Shown one piece after another: positions 19,941-31,964 of a DNA stretch of 64,000 nucleotides (its first letter is position 1; each line of letters starts with the position of its first letter). The notes under the pieces are model-generated. The model was given only the letters and a program-made list of their open reading frames with translations, was not told the origin of the DNA and ran no database searches. Origin of the DNA: Gammaproteobacteria bacterium (GTDB lineage: Bacteria > Pseudomonadota > Gammaproteobacteria > Tenderiales > Tenderiaceae); the NCBI GenBank assembly GCA_024277755.1, contig JAJRUN010000052.1:4499-68498 (forward strand), given 5' to 3'. A program made the position numbers and the translations under genes.

Positions 19941-20306
19941 TTATTCTTTATTGTCGGAACTGGAAATAGCTTTATCGATCAAGGCGCTTAAATTAGCCCC
20001 ATTTTCAACCGAAGCATCATATAGAAATGTCAGCTGTGGCGTGACACGAATACTCAGTCGCTTACCTAGTTCTCGACGCAGAAAACCTGCGGCTTTATTG
20101 AGCCCCTCTAATGCCTTTTCCACTTCATTATCGACAGAAAGAACCGTTACGTAAATTTTGGCATAAGATAAATCACGTGATAGATCGACAGCAGAAACAG
20201 TAACCATTCCAACACGCGGATCTTTAACTTCAAACTGAATCAACTGCGCTAGTTCACGCTGAACTTGCGCGGCGACTCGTTTTGTACGACTAAATTCTTT
20301 TGGCAT
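19941..20306 (-). CDS. rbfA: ribosome-binding factor A
   Basis: 121 aa; RTKRVAAQVQRELAQLI...DPRVGMVTVSAVDLSRDLSYAKIYV. Confidence 0.9.
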   Translation of the reverse strand: MPKEFSRTKRVAAQVQRELAQLIQFEVKDPRVGMVTVSAVDLSRDLSYAKIYVTVLSVDNEVEKALEGLNKAAGFLRRELGKRLSIRVTPQLTFLYDASVENGANLSALIDKAISSSDNKE

Positions 20307-20327
20307 TATTTTCCGGCTCTTAAAAAA

Positions 20328-22928
20328 TTAGTCGATAGTTTTAGCTACTTCGAAACGTTCATAAACTTCAACCTGGTCACCTGCTTGAATGTCATTGTAA
20401 TCTTTAACACCGATACCACACTCAGTACCCGATTTAACTTCATTGACATCATCTTTATAACGACGTAGAGACTCAAGCTCACCCTCATAGATAACCACGT
20501 TGTCACGCAGTACACGAATCGGATTACTACGTTTGATCGTCCCTTCAACAACCAGACAACCCGCGATGGCGCCCAACTTCTGTGACCGGAAGACATCTTT
20601 AACTTCAGCCAAACCAATAATTTCTTCACGAATTTCTGGTGATAACAGACCAGACATGGCTTGCTTAACATCATCAATAATGTCGTAGATAACACTGTAG
20701 TAACGCAGATCAACGTTATTGTCTTGAGCGGCACGCTTGGCCGAACCATCGGCTCTAACATTAAAGCCAACCATAATCGCCTGCGATGCCAAAGCCAGGT
20801 TGATATCTGACTCCGTAATTCCACCGACACCACTGGAAACAATCTTAACCCTGACCTCATCAGTAGAAAGATTAAGCAGTGCGTCACTTAATGCTTCAGA
20901 ACTACCTTGAACATCAGTTTTGATCAACAGGTTAACAACACCAACATCACCCTGAGTCATTTGCGAGAATATATTCTCAAGCTTGGCTGCTTGCTGCTTG
21001 GCCAGCTTAGCATCACGCAATCGTCCTTGACGGAATCCGGCAATTTCACGCGCCTTGCGCTCATCAGCAACAACTGCCGCACTGTCTCCAGCATCAGGTG
21101 TGCCAGACAAACCCAGCACTTGAACAGGTATCGATGGACCAGCGGTATCTATCGGCTTGCCGTTTTCGTCAAACATGGCACGTACACGGCCATACTCTTT
21201 ACCCACAAGCAGGATATCACCTTTATTCAAGGCACCGTTTTGCACCAGAATAGTGGCAACTGCACCACGGCCCTTATCCAAAGATGACTCAACCACCAGA
21301 CCTGTTGCCGGCCCTTCCTCAACAGCTTTAAGCTCCAACACTTCCGCCTGCAACAAAATAGCATCCAGCAGCACGTCAATGCCCTCACCTGTTTTGGCAG
21401 AAACATGAACGAAAATGGTATCACCGCCCCACTCTTCGCAGATAACTTCATGAGCAGTCAATTCCTGCTTGACTCTATCTGGATCAGCTTCGGGCTTGTC
21501 GACCTTATTAACCGCGACAATCAAAGGCACCTCTGCCGCCTTTGCATGCTTAATTGCTTCAATCGTTTGCGGCATAACACCATCATCCGCGGCAACAACC
21601 AATATGACGATATCCGTAACCTTCGCACCGCGGGCACGCATGGCAGAAAATGCAGCATGGCCAGGCGTATCGAGAAAGGTAATCATGCCACGCTCTGTTT
21701 CAACATGATAAGCACCAATGTGCTGGGTAATACCACCCGCCTCACCAGAAGCAACCTTGGCACGACGAATATGGTCAAGCAATGATGTCTTACCGTGGTC
21801 AACATGTCCCATAATGGTAACAACAGGCGCACGATGTACTTCATCGCCCGTCAGTTCAATAGTTTCCCCCAGCAATTCTGTCTCGAGAGCGTCTTCACGC
21901 ACCAACTTGACTGTATGCCCCATCTCTTCAACCACAATAGAAGCGGTCTCCTGATCAAGCACCTGATTGATGGTAACCATAGAACCCATGCCCATCATCA
22001 CCTTGATTACTTCACCCGCTTTCACAGACATTTTTTGCGCTAATTCTGCAACGGTAATGATATCCGGAAGGCTGACCTCTCTGACAATGGGTGCAGTTGG
22101 CATTTGAAAACCATGCGGTCCTTCTTCAACAACCACTTTTCCACGTCTGGCAGGTTTCTTTTTACGACGTCCCGATTTGCCAGCAGAAACATGCAGTTCT
22201 TCGCGCCCGGCACCTTTCTTTTTCCTGCCTCGACCATGGTCGGCTGCCGGCTTCGCGGCACGCATACGTCCTTTAGGGCCTTCTTTCTTGGCTGCCTCCT
22301 TAGCAGCAGGTGCTGCTGGGGAGGCAGCAGGCATGGCAACCGCCGCTTTTTGTGCTTTTTCAATCGCCTTCTTGGCAGCCTCTTGAACTTCACTGTGAGC
22401 CGCAGCTACTGCAGCAGCAACCACAGCCTCAGCAGCCGCTTTTTGCTGCTCTTCTTCTGCCTTAATGCGTTGCGCCTCTTCAGCAGCAAGCCTTTCTTCT
22501 TTCTGCTCTGGGCTTTCAACCACAACTGGCTCAGCCTCAACCTTTACGATCTCGACAACCGGTTCTGGCTCATCAACTGGTTTGACGGATGCAGATTCAA
22601 CAGTTTCATCAGCAACAACACCGCGCTTTACATAGGTTCGACGTTTACGAACTTCTACGCTAACTGTTTTAGTTTTACCGGAACTGCTCTGTTTAAGTTC
22701 GCTAACTGTTTTACGTTTAAGAGTGATTTTTCTTGATGTTGATGCGGCAACGCCCGAGCTTTCATTACCCTCACGCAAATGCTTCAACAACGTCATTTTA
22801 TCAGTATCACTGATAGTTGCATCAGCATCTGAAGGTACGCCAACACCCGCTTCACCCAATTGAGTAAGCAAGCGATCGACAGAAACCCCTACTGCCTCGG
22901 CTAGTTGTTTGACTGTTACTTCTGACAT
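20328..22928 (-). CDS. infB: translation initiation factor IF-2
   Basis: 866 aa; Ala/Glu/Lys-rich N-terminal region; GTP-binding domain ([25 protein letters not shown]). Confidence 0.95.
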   Translation of the reverse strand: MSEVTVKQLAEAVGVSVDRLLTQLGEAGVGVPSDADATISDTDKMTLLKHLREGNESSGVAASTSRKITLKRKTVSELKQSSSGKTKTVSVEVRKRRTYVKRGVVADETVESASVKPVDEPEPVVEIVKVEAEPVVVESPEQKEERLAAEEAQRIKAEEEQQKAAAEAVVAAAVAAAHSEVQEAAKKAIEKAQKAAVAMPAASPAAPAAKEAAKKEGPKGRMRAAKPAADHGRGRKKKGAGREELHVSAGKSGRRKKKPARRGKVVVEEGPHGFQMPTAPIVREVSLPDIITVAELAQKMSVKAGEVIKVMMGMGSMVTINQVLDQETASIVVEEMGHTVKLVREDALETELLGETIELTGDEVHRAPVVTIMGHVDHGKTSLLDHIRRAKVASGEAGGITQHIGAYHVETERGMITFLDTPGHAAFSAMRARGAKVTDIVILVVAADDGVMPQTIEAIKHAKAAEVPLIVAVNKVDKPEADPDRVKQELTAHEVICEEWGGDTIFVHVSAKTGEGIDVLLDAILLQAEVLELKAVEEGPATGLVVESSLDKGRGAVATILVQNGALNKGDILLVGKEYGRVRAMFDENGKPIDTAGPSIPVQVLGLSGTPDAGDSAAVVADERKAREIAGFRQGRLRDAKLAKQQAAKLENIFSQMTQGDVGVVNLLIKTDVQGSSEALSDALLNLSTDEVRVKIVSSGVGGITESDINLALASQAIMVGFNVRADGSAKRAAQDNNVDLRYYSVIYDIIDDVKQAMSGLLSPEIREEIIGLAEVKDVFRSQKLGAIAGCLVVEGTIKRSNPIRVLRDNVVIYEGELESLRRYKDDVNEVKSGTECGIGVKDYNDIQAGDQVEVYERFEVAKTID

Positions 22929-22957
22929 ATTGACAGTACCTCCAGACGGCTGCGTTG

Positions 22958-24457
22958 TTATCCTTGCTGCTCTTCAGCAAACCAGGGAGCACGCGCTTCC
23001 ATAATTAATTTACTGGCTCGTTCTTCATCCAGACCTTCGATATCACTGATCTCATCAAGAGACTGCTCAGCAAGATCCTCACGACAAACGATACCTTTTG
23101 CTACAAGTGCAGCGGCCAGGCTTTTATCCATACCCTCAAGCTCAAGCAAATCTGCATCAGCCTCATTAGCATGTTCTTCACCGGCAATAGCCGAGGTCAA
23201 TAAGAAATCACGGGCGCGATTGCGTAATTCTTCGACAATTTCTTCATCGAACTCTTCAATTTCAAGCATTTCTTCGACAGGCACATAGGCAACCTCTTCA
23301 ATTGAGCTAAAACCTTCCTGAACAAGAATAGTGGCGACCTCTTCATCGACATCAAGCTGCTCCATCAAAGTACTGAGTACAGCCGCAGACTCTTGCTCAT
23401 TCTTCTGCTCTGCATCAGATTCGTTCATCACATTCAGTTTCCATCCCGTTAACTGACTTGCCAAGCGAATATTCTGACCACCACGACCAATGGCTTGTGA
23501 CAAATTGTCTTCATCAACAGCGATATCCATGGTGTTGCTGTCTTCATCAACAACAATAGAAGCAACTTCAGCTGGTGACATGGCGTTGATAACAAACTGG
23601 GCTGAATTATCATCATAAAGAATGATATCAACACGCTCACCACCCAGCTCGTTAGATACAGCCTGTACACGTGAACCACGCATACCAACACAAGCACCCA
23701 CTGGGTCAATACGTTGATCATTGCTCTTAACTGCAATCTTGGCACGCACGCCAGGATCACGAGCAGCAGAACGGATTTCAATCAAACCTTCGCCAGCTTC
23801 TGGGACTTCGAGTTTAAACAATTCAATCAATAATTCAGGCGCAGTACGACTAACAAATAACTGCGGGCCACGCTGCTCTGAACGCACATCACGCAAATAG
23901 CCACGCACTCGATCACCAGGCCGCAGCGATTCACGTGGAATCATATCTTCACGTGTAACAACAGCCTCAGCATTACCTCCCAGATCCAAGATGACATTGC
24001 CACGATCAACACGCTTAACAACCCCCATCACCAACTCGCCAATGCGATTGAGATAGGCTTCAACTACCTGCGCACGTTCCGCCTCACGAACCTTTTGTAC
24101 AATTACCTGTTTGGCCGCCTGTGCCGAGATGCGGCCAAATTCAGCCACTTCAAGCGGCTCTTCAATAAATTCACCAACACTGATGCCGGGCTGTTTCTCT
24201 TGTGCATCTTCAAGCCAATATTGAGCATCCGGATTTTCAAGTACATCGTCACCGTCTTCGCTTATTGCTTCCCAGCGACGAAAAGCCCCATAGTCACCCG
24301 TTTCCCGGTCAATTGAGACACGCACATCGATCTCACCACCATGGCGTTTCTTGGTCGCCATCGCCAACGCAGCTTCCATAGCATCGAAAATGATCTCTTT
24401 TGAGACACCCTTCTCGTTGGCCACTGCATCTACAACTAACAATACCTCTTTGCTCAT
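22958..24457 (-). CDS. nusA: transcription termination/antitermination factor NusA
   Basis: 499 aa; S1, two KH and C-terminal acidic repeat domains; classic position. Confidence 0.95.
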   Translation of the reverse strand: MSKEVLLVVDAVANEKGVSKEIIFDAMEAALAMATKKRHGGEIDVRVSIDRETGDYGAFRRWEAISEDGDDVLENPDAQYWLEDAQEKQPGISVGEFIEEPLEVAEFGRISAQAAKQVIVQKVREAERAQVVEAYLNRIGELVMGVVKRVDRGNVILDLGGNAEAVVTREDMIPRESLRPGDRVRGYLRDVRSEQRGPQLFVSRTAPELLIELFKLEVPEAGEGLIEIRSAARDPGVRAKIAVKSNDQRIDPVGACVGMRGSRVQAVSNELGGERVDIILYDDNSAQFVINAMSPAEVASIVVDEDSNTMDIAVDEDNLSQAIGRGGQNIRLASQLTGWKLNVMNESDAEQKNEQESAAVLSTLMEQLDVDEEVATILVQEGFSSIEEVAYVPVEEMLEIEEFDEEIVEELRNRARDFLLTSAIAGEEHANEADADLLELEGMDKSLAAALVAKGIVCREDLAEQSLDEISDIEGLDEERASKLIMEARAPWFAEEQQG

Positions 24458-24501
24458 CGCTCAGCCTCTCGCAACACTAATCAATTTGACCCGCAGGACC
24501 A

Positions 24502-24961
24502 TCAATCAAACACAGGCACTAAATGTGCCTTTTCAATATTTTCGAAATCAATCTCAATTGCCTTACCCTCAAGCTCGGCATGCACAATTCCAGTATTAAT
24601 TTGCTTTAATGTCACCGTCATCTTACGACGCTTATCAAGCGGTGTGGACAACAACAACTTTACATCACGGCCAATGAATCGTTCAAAATGTTCTAGGCTG
24701 AACAACGGTCTGTCCATTCCCGGGGATGACACCTCAAGACTATAGATTCCGGTAATTGGATCCTCCACATCAAGCATACTGCTGATCTGGCGACTTACCG
24801 CCTCACAATCCTCAACCAAAATACCTTCTGCCCGATCTATAAATACACGCAGGACAGAATGTTTGCCCTGCGACAAATACTCCGCACCAACAAACTCATA
24901 ACCCAAACCTTCAACTATTGGCTCTAGCAGTTTCAGCAACTTTGCAGGGGCTTGCCGGATC
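24502..24961 (-). CDS. rimP: ribosome maturation factor RimP
   Basis: About 153 aa from MIRQAPAKLLKLLEPIVEGLGYEFVGAEY... (ORF track extends 13 codons upstream). Confidence 0.85.
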
Positions 24962-25060
24962 ATCACATCACCTATTAAACGAAAAATGGGCCTACGGCCC
25001 ACTTTTATAAATTCTAAAACTTTAAACCACTGTCGCTGGCCTTTTCACCAAACTTCAGTT

Positions 25061-25088
25061 AACAAAAAGCCCCGAATACGGGGCTTCC
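25061..25088 (-). terminator. hairpin/T-tract between tRNA-fMet and rimP (partial terminator/attenuator, as for E. coli metY)
   Basis: Minus strand reads AAGCCCCG-UAUU-CGGGGCUU followed by UUUGUU. Confidence 0.5.
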
Positions 25089-25103
25089 TGCAACAACAAA
25101 TAT

Positions 25104-25180
<77 letters not shown>

Positions 25181-25308
25181 ACAACTGCGCAGTATATTAC
25201 CCAAACCCCCCCACTAGATCAAGCCTTAATTTACTAATTAATACAATCAATGGGCCTTACTCAGTATTTTTCTTGTTGAGGCCACCTTTAACCAACAAAC
25301 CACAGCAA

Positions 25309-25692
25309 TCACTGACACTTCATAAGGGTCACAAAGGCAATGGCATAGTCTTTTTCATCCGACAAGCTAAGATGAGCATCACCAATACCCAGGTCTGCAC
25401 AAACATTTAGCGCTTGCCCTGAGAAACATAAATCCGGCTTACCATAAACATCATTACTAACAGCAATCTGCCCCAAACTGATGCCATTGCGAAAACCTGT
25501 ACCCAAGGCTTTGACCGCAGCTTCCTTTGCGGCAAAACGTTTGGCCAGAAAGCTAGCTGGACTAACACTATCTTCGAACCCCTGTAATTCCCGAGGCGCA
25601 AGTATGCGCCGAGCAAACTTATCGCCAAAGCGTGCTAAACCCGCCTCAATTCTGGCAACAGCAACAATATCGGTGCCAATACCGTGAATCAC
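25309..25692 (-). CDS. acpS: holo-[acyl-carrier-protein] synthase
   Basis: 127 aa MIHGIGTDIVAVARI... Confidence 0.85.
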   Translation of the reverse strand: MIHGIGTDIVAVARIEAGLARFGDKFARRILAPRELQGFEDSVSPASFLAKRFAAKEAAVKALGTGFRNGISLGQIAVSNDVYGKPDLCFSGQALNVCADLGIGDAHLSLSDEKDYAIAFVTLMKCQ

Positions 25693-26414
25693 TAGACTCT
25701 CGCCTCCAACATCAGACGCTTTATTTCTTTGACCGCCTGCTGCAGACCAGTAAAAACTGCCCTGGCAATAATTGCATGACCTATATTCAATTCTTTTATC
25801 TGTGTGATAGCCGCAATCTGACCGACATTCTGATAATTGAGGCCGTGTCCAGCATTGACATGCAACCCCAAAGAATCGCCATGCCTGATCGCCGCCACAA
25901 TCCGCTTAAATTCAGCATCACGTGCCTGACAATCTTTGGCGTCGGCAAAATGACCTGTGTGAATTTCAATCACCGGGGCACCTACCTCAACAGCCGCATC
26001 AATCTGGGCAAGATCAGCATCAATAAACAGGGATGCGCGTACACCGGCCGCTGCCAGACGCTGACAGGCATCGCCAACCCTGTCTTTTTGCCCCAACACA
26101 TCCAGACCACCCTCGGTCGTCAGTTCTTCCCGGCTTTCAGGCACCAAACAACATTCTTCAGGTTTGATTCGTTCGGCAATAGCCAGCATCTCATCGGTGA
26201 CAGCCATTTCCAGGTTCATACGTGTCTGCAAAATGTGTTTCAACATTTCTACATCACGCTCTTGAATATGACGCCTGTCTTCACGCAAATGTAGAGTAAT
26301 TGCATCAGCGCCAGCTTGCTCTGCCTCAATTGCAGCCTGAACAGGGTCTGGATAACGGGTACCCCTAGCCTGTCTCAGCGTTGCAACATGATCAATATTT
26401 ACACCCAATAACAT
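25692..26414 (-). CDS. pdxJ: pyridoxine 5'-phosphate synthase
   Basis: 240 aa [24 protein letters not shown]...; overlaps acpS start (translational coupling). Confidence 0.9.
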   Translation of the reverse strand: MLLGVNIDHVATLRQARGTRYPDPVQAAIEAEQAGADAITLHLREDRRHIQERDVEMLKHILQTRMNLEMAVTDEMLAIAERIKPEECCLVPESREELTTEGGLDVLGQKDRVGDACQRLAAAGVRASLFIDADLAQIDAAVEVGAPVIEIHTGHFADAKDCQARDAEFKRIVAAIRHGDSLGLHVNAGHGLNYQNVGQIAAITQIKELNIGHAIIARAVFTGLQQAVKEIKRLMLEARV

Positions 26415-26417
26415 TTC

Positions 26418-27182
26418 TTACTCCATTTCCTGCTTTCTATTCAGTACAGCTGCCTCGGTAGTGCGCTGCAAATCTATCAATAACTGACGACTATGTAGCT
26501 TTTTACCCCCCAGATAATGGTCAAGCACCAGACGAGTCAGGCGTCTTGCATCTCTCAGAAACTGTGGATGCCCCAGATCTTCTTCTGCAAACGCAAGCAG
26601 AGAGCTGCCTTTGAACAACAAAGCCTGACTTGCATCATCTCGTATTACCAGCATCGGTCCCTGCCCTGGCTGATAGCGATAAACACGATTAGGATCAATT
26701 GGCTCACCCTGTTCCAATTCAGACCCAAGCACCAGACCATAACCAATTTCTTGCAATAGTTTCTTTTCAAACAAACGCAGATAACGTTGCAGCTGTTGGG
26801 GCTGATTCAGACGATCTAATTGAGTGAAAGTATATCGATAATATTCAAACAAATCAGGATGTGGATCATGGCGATGCAACAGATGAATCAACAATTCATT
26901 GATATAAAAGCCACTCAGCAATACCGGCCCAATCAGCCGATGCGCGGCAGCACTCGCCTCGGCATCCGTTAGCGTGGCCAACTCACCGCGACCAGTCCAA
27001 GACAATTGTAGCGGCATAAATGGCTGCAACAGGGCCTGGCGCTGTTTGCGCTTTCCCTTGACACCCCGGGCAACCAAACCAACACGGCCATACGTTTGCG
27101 AAAAAACCTCAAGAATAAGGCTACTATCGCGGTATGGGCGCTGATGCAGCACATAGGCAGGCTCGAGTAATACCTTGGCCAT
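26418..27182 (-). CDS. recO: DNA repair protein RecO
   Basis: 254 aa; PAYVLHQRPYRDSSLILEVF... OB-fold N-terminus. Confidence 0.85.
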   Translation of the reverse strand: MAKVLLEPAYVLHQRPYRDSSLILEVFSQTYGRVGLVARGVKGKRKQRQALLQPFMPLQLSWTGRGELATLTDAEASAAAHRLIGPVLLSGFYINELLIHLLHRHDPHPDLFEYYRYTFTQLDRLNQPQQLQRYLRLFEKKLLQEIGYGLVLGSELEQGEPIDPNRVYRYQPGQGPMLVIRDDASQALLFKGSSLLAFAEEDLGHPQFLRDARRLTRLVLDHYLGGKKLHSRQLLIDLQRTTEAAVLNRKQEME

Positions 27183-27199
27183 GGTTGCGCCCAGGCAAT

Positions 27200-28123
27200 C
27201 TAGTCGTCAGTGTACCCAAGGCTTCTCAGTGCACGCTCATCCGCCGCCCAGCCTTCTTTAACCTTGACCCAGAGCTTCAACAACACCTTCTGCTCCAATA
27301 AATTTTCCAGATCAATACGCGCATCCTGACCGACTTTTTTAAGCCCCGCCCCACCCTTGCCAATGACAATAGCCTTTTGCCCCGGCCGGGCAACCCAGAT
27401 CAAGGCATGAATAGTCACCAGATTACCTTCGGTTTCATAGGCCTCGATCTCAACTGACATCTCATATGGCAGCTCTTGACCAAGCGTACGTGTCAATTTT
27501 TCACGCACAATTTCGGCGGCGATGAAGCGCATACTGCGATCGGTTATTTGATCATTCGGATAATAAGGGGCTGCTATCGGTAATAATTTTTCAACTTCAG
27601 CCTCAAGATTATCAACACTCTCTCCAGTCTGGGCTGACAGAGGCACGATAGTATGAAAATCCATCAAACCAGAAAGGCGGGCAAGATGAGGCAATAGCAC
27701 CTCTTTCTGTAAACGGTCAATTTTATTCACCACCAGAATCACAGGCACCTTACTATATTTGAGGCGCTCAAGGACAGCTTGATCCTCATCTGTCCACCTC
27801 ACTCCCGAGACCACAAATAGGATCACATCGACATCCTTTAGCGCCGTCGAGGCAGCCTGATTCAGATAACGATTCATGGCCTTTTTGCCGTTGGTATGCA
27901 AACCGGGGGTATCAACATAAATTGCCTGAGATGTTTCGCTGCTATTGATACCTAAAATTCTATGGCGGGTAGTTTGTGGTTTCCTGGATGTAATACTAAT
28001 TTTCTGCCCCAAAATCCGGTTCATCAATGTTGACTTGCCAACATTTGGACGTCCGATAATGGCAGCAAAACCACAGCGATAATTTTCTTTTTCATCTTGC
28101 ATATGAGACATGTTTTCTTTCAA
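27200..28123 (-). CDS. era: GTPase Era
   Basis: CGFAAIIGRPNVGKSTLMN G1, DTPG, NKID; C-terminal KH domain. Confidence 0.9.
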   Translation of the reverse strand: MKENMSHMQDEKENYRCGFAAIIGRPNVGKSTLMNRILGQKISITSRKPQTTRHRILGINSSETSQAIYVDTPGLHTNGKKAMNRYLNQAASTALKDVDVILFVVSGVRWTDEDQAVLERLKYSKVPVILVVNKIDRLQKEVLLPHLARLSGLMDFHTIVPLSAQTGESVDNLEAEVEKLLPIAAPYYPNDQITDRSMRFIAAEIVREKLTRTLGQELPYEMSVEIEAYETEGNLVTIHALIWVARPGQKAIVIGKGGAGLKKVGQDARIDLENLLEQKVLLKLWVKVKEGWAADERALRSLGYTDD

Positions 28124-28798
28124 TTATTTAGCAATGACCTGATAGGCCTTACGTGCGGCATCTTGCTCAGCCCGACGACGACTGGTTCCTTTACCCCTGA
28201 CAGGCTCATTCAAACCGTCGGCCCGACAGATAATACGAAAAACTTGATCATGGGATTCTCCTTCAACAGCCATCAACTCATAAACAGGAAGTGCCTGCTT
28301 ACGTGATTGCAACAATTCCTGCAAGCGCGTTTTAGGATCTTTGTCAGCCGCTTCTGGGGAGACCGTTTCGAGGCGTTGTTTATAAAGGCGAAGAATCAAA
28401 CCCTTGCATGCATCAAAACCACCATCGACATAAACAGCGCCAAGGATCGCTTCAACGCCGCAGGCAAGAATTGAATCACGGCGAAAACCACCACTTTTCA
28501 ATTCGCCAGAACCGAGTATCAGGCAATCCCCCAGATTCAGTTCACGACCGATCATAGCAAGTGTGTCACCCTTGACCAGACTGGCACGCAAACGGGTCAA
28601 TTCACCCTCAGTTGCCTTTGGGAATCGTTGAAATAACTCATCAGCGATAACGCAGCCCAGAATCGCATCACCAAGAAATTCCAGACGTTCGTTATTTTTA
28701 CTACCGATACTTCGGTGTGTCAGTGCCTGAACGATGAGTTGAGGGTCTTTGAACTGATAGGCTAAAGCCTGACAAAGTTTTTTCTGGGGCGACAACAA
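28124..28798 (-). CDS. rnc: ribonuclease III
   Basis: ERLEFLGDAILG catalytic signature plus C-terminal dsRBD. Confidence 0.9.
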   Translation of the reverse strand: MLSPQKKLCQALAYQFKDPQLIVQALTHRSIGSKNNERLEFLGDAILGCVIADELFQRFPKATEGELTRLRASLVKGDTLAMIGRELNLGDCLILGSGELKSGGFRRDSILACGVEAILGAVYVDGGFDACKGLILRLYKQRLETVSPEAADKDPKTRLQELLQSRKQALPVYELMAVEGESHDQVFRIICRADGLNEPVRGKGTSRRRAEQDAARKAYQVIAK

Positions 28799-28802
28799 CC
28801 AA

Positions 28803-29189
28803 TCAGCGCTCTATCTCGACGGCTTTATCGCCAAACACCACCACCGCATCAAGGTTGCCCACCATGTGTACTCGGGCTTCGTATTCAATGGAGACTATAC
28901 GCTTTTTGCCAGATGATTCAATTTTAATATGGTCGGAAGTGACCGTATCAACATCATCAATCTGAAGTTTCTTCAGAATCAATTCTTTAACCTCTCGATC
29001 TGAGGCCCCCTCAACCCGGCTATCGCTGGCCAAGCCCTTTAAGGTTGAACTCACTTTAAACCCTTCCAGATAAAAAGGGAAAAGTTTAAATGCCATCGCC
29101 AGCACAAAACCTGCCAACGCCAGTATCATCATGATACTAATGCCAGTCATGCCCCGTTGTAATTTTGGAGTTTTCAACATTATTTTCAC
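28803..29189 (-). CDS. small single-TM protein (DUF4845-like) conserved between lepB and rnc
   Basis: 128 aa; N-terminal TM helix, then a soluble domain. Same position as the uncharacterised gene between lepB and rnc in pseudomonads. Confidence 0.5.
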   Translation of the reverse strand: MKIMLKTPKLQRGMTGISIMMILALAGFVLAMAFKLFPFYLEGFKVSSTLKGLASDSRVEGASDREVKELILKKLQIDDVDTVTSDHIKIESSGKKRIVSIEYEARVHMVGNLDAVVVFGDKAVEIER

Positions 29190-29205
29190 CTACAGTTAAG
29201 AGCTG

Positions 29206-30036
29206 TTACTCAATAAAGCTACCAAGGCGTTCCCACGAAATTCGGTTTTGTATGCCATCCCAGTTCATCCAGATCATGAATGCCCTGCCCACAAGGTTCT
29301 CATCTGGGACAAACCCCCATACCCGACTATCGTTACTATTATCACGATTATCGCCCATGACAAAATACTGCCCCTCGGGAACAATAAACTCAACCTTATT
29401 CTCAGGGTTTGAACCACGTCCCCGCACCACCAGAATCTGATGTTCAACACCCGCCAGATTCTCTATACGCCGGTCAGCACCCGTCATGTGCAGCCCTTCG
29501 CCTGTGGTGGTGTATGTTCCAAGACTAGTTTGCTTAGCTACCACACCATTTACATAGACCTGTTTGCCCAAATAACTAATAGTGTCTCCGGGAAGTCCAA
29601 CCACACGTTTGATGTAATCAACCGATGGATTCTTTGGATACCGAAACACCACCACATCACCCCGCTCAGGGTCGCCTAAGGCAAGTACTTTTTTGTTCAA
29701 CACAGGTAAACGAATGCCATAGGTATATTTATTCACCAGAATAAAATCACCCGACAACAAGGTTGGCATCATTGAGCCCGATGGAATCCTGAATGGTTCA
29801 ACCAGAAATGAACGCAAGATCAACACAGCAAGAATGACAGGAAAAAATGAACGCGCATACTCCACCATCAGCGGTTCTTTATAGGCGTTTGAAATCACCT
29901 TTGGCTCAATACCCTGCTGCTGCAAATTATCAGCGGCTTGAATACGCTTTGGTTTCCAGACGGAAATATCGATTAACCAAATCACACCAGTGACCAGGAC
30001 AGCAATAACCATTACGGTTGCAAAGTCAAAATTCAT
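29206..30036 (-). CDS. lepB: signal peptidase I
   Basis: 276 aa; catalytic Ser box (IPSGSMMPTL) and Lys box (YIKRVVGLPGD). Confidence 0.9.
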   Translation of the reverse strand: MNFDFATVMVIAVLVTGVIWLIDISVWKPKRIQAADNLQQQGIEPKVISNAYKEPLMVEYARSFFPVILAVLILRSFLVEPFRIPSGSMMPTLLSGDFILVNKYTYGIRLPVLNKKVLALGDPERGDVVVFRYPKNPSVDYIKRVVGLPGDTISYLGKQVYVNGVVAKQTSLGTYTTTGEGLHMTGADRRIENLAGVEHQILVVRGRGSNPENKVEFIVPEGQYFVMGDNRDNSNDSRVWGFVPDENLVGRAFMIWMNWDGIQNRISWERLGSFIE

Positions 30037-31829
30037 TATTTTTTACCCACATCCAGCACAGCCAGAAATGCCTCTTGAGGTATATCGACATTACCCACCG
30101 ATTTCATACGTTTTTTACCCCTTTTTTGTTTTTCCAGCAGTTTGCGCTTACGACTGAGATCACCGCCGTAACATTTAGCGATAACATTTTTACGCAGTGC
30201 CTTGACCGTACTTCGGGCGATGATCTTGGTGCCAATCGCCGCCTGAAGGGCAACATCAAACATCTGCCGAGGAATAACTTCCTTCATGCGATCAACCAGC
30301 GCCCGCCCCTGAAACTCAGATTTGTCACGATGGACAATGACCGCCAGGGCATCAACCACATCACCACCGATGAGAATATCCAATTTGACCAGTTCGGCAA
30401 CTTGATAACGTTTGAATTCATAATCCAAAGAGGCGTAACCACGTGAAACTGACTTTAGTTTGTCAAAAAAATCTAACACTACTTCGTTCAGCGGTAATTC
30501 ATACGTCAGTTGAACCTGCGTTCCAGCATATTGCATATTCTTTTGTACACCGCGTTTTTCCACACACAGACCAATCACGTTGCCCAAATATTCTTGCGGC
30601 AGCAGAATATGAGCTTCGATGATAGGTTCACGAATTTCGGCCATTTTATTAGGGGGTGGCAGCTTGGCGGGGTTATCCACCAGAATCACATCGCCATCTG
30701 TGGTTGCCACTTCGTAAATCACCGTAGGTGCTGTTGTGATCAAGTCGAGATCATATTCACGCTCAAGCCGCTCTTGAACAATTTCCATGTGCAACATACC
30801 GAGAAAACCACAACGAAAGCCAAACCCCAGGGCAGTCGATGTTTCGGGCTCAAAAAACAGAGCAGAGTCATTCAATTTAAGCTTGGCCAGCGCTTCACGC
30901 ATATCCTCGTAATCATCTGAGCTGCTAGGAAACAAACCGGCAAAGACCCGCGGCTGAACCTCTTTGAAACCAGGCAGGGATTCAACAGCAGAATTTTTAA
31001 CCGTGGTGATAGTGTCCCCCACTGGTGCGCCATAGATATCTTTAATGCCCGCGATCATAAAACCAACTTCACCCGCCTTAAGCTCCCCAGTATCTAGCCT
31101 TTTAGGGGTGAATACACCCACATGCTCAACCTGGTGCTCACCATTTGTCGTCATGATTTTGATTTTGTCTTTTTTGCGCATGCGGCCATTCACCACCCGT
31201 ACCAAAGACACCACACCGACATAACTATCAAACCAGGAATCAACAATAAGCGCCTGCAACGGTGCATTCGGATCACCCTCTGGTGGCGGTATATTTTTGA
31301 CCAAGGCTTCCAATACCTCATCAATACCAATCCCCGTCTTGGCACTACAGTGAGGCGCATCTTGAGCCTCAATACCGATGATATCTTCAATTTCCTTAGC
31401 GACACGATCAGGCTCTGCGGCTGGCAGATCAATTTTATTCAGCACAGGCATCACTTCCAGACCTTGCTCAATGGCGGTATAGCAATTGGCCACACTCTGG
31501 GCCTCAACCCCCTGCGAGGCATCCACCACCAGCAAAGCGCCTTCACAAGCCGCAAGCGAGCGCGATACTTCATAGGAAAAATCCACATGCCCAGGCGTAT
31601 CAATAAAATTCAACTGATAGGTTTCACCATCATTTGCCTCATAATTGAGCGTCACGCTCTGAGCCTTGATAGTAATACCCCGCTCACGCTCAATATCCAT
31701 GGAATCAAGCACCTGCTCTGCCATGTCGCGCTCTTCCAGACCACCACATGTCTGGATTAGCCTATCTGACAAGGTGGATTTACCGTGATCAATGTGGGCA
31801 ATGATGGAAAAATTTCGAATATGCTTCAT
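30036..31829 (-). CDS. lepA: elongation factor 4 (LepA)
   Basis: 597 aa; [21 protein letters not shown]..., [12 protein letters not shown]; overlaps lepB start. Confidence 0.95.
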   Translation of the reverse strand: MKHIRNFSIIAHIDHGKSTLSDRLIQTCGGLEERDMAEQVLDSMDIERERGITIKAQSVTLNYEANDGETYQLNFIDTPGHVDFSYEVSRSLAACEGALLVVDASQGVEAQSVANCYTAIEQGLEVMPVLNKIDLPAAEPDRVAKEIEDIIGIEAQDAPHCSAKTGIGIDEVLEALVKNIPPPEGDPNAPLQALIVDSWFDSYVGVVSLVRVVNGRMRKKDKIKIMTTNGEHQVEHVGVFTPKRLDTGELKAGEVGFMIAGIKDIYGAPVGDTITTVKNSAVESLPGFKEVQPRVFAGLFPSSSDDYEDMREALAKLKLNDSALFFEPETSTALGFGFRCGFLGMLHMEIVQERLEREYDLDLITTAPTVIYEVATTDGDVILVDNPAKLPPPNKMAEIREPIIEAHILLPQEYLGNVIGLCVEKRGVQKNMQYAGTQVQLTYELPLNEVVLDFFDKLKSVSRGYASLDYEFKRYQVAELVKLDILIGGDVVDALAVIVHRDKSEFQGRALVDRMKEVIPRQMFDVALQAAIGTKIIARSTVKALRKNVIAKCYGGDLSRKRKLLEKQKRGKKRMKSVGNVDIPQEAFLAVLDVGKK

Positions 31830-31911
31830 TAAGATAGTGACTTCGTCTGTTCAAATACCAATATGGCATTGATTTGGAGCGCAATTCTAGCGAATTTCAG
31901 CTTCGGTATAA

Positions 31912-31945
31912 ACAAAAAAGAAGGGGCTGAATTCAGCCCCTTGAT
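31912..31945 (-). terminator. rho-independent terminator after the mucD/degP-like gene
   Basis: Minus strand AAGGGGCUGAAUUCAGCCCCUU followed by CUUUUUUG. Confidence 0.6.
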
Positions 31946-31964
31946 TTACTCAACGATTAACAGC

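Noticed and set aside
20345-22736. Numerous ORFs from the six-frame track lying antisense or out-of-frame inside infB (for example 20345-20887 minus, 22104-22736 plus, 22040-22393 minus), and similar ones inside dnaX, pnp, the TPR genes and the 834-aa gene
   Set aside because: They overlap long, well-supported genes with conserved domain content. They have low-complexity, Ser/Arg/Leu-rich translations typical of shadow ORFs in GC-biased frames, and no RBS or family resemblance.
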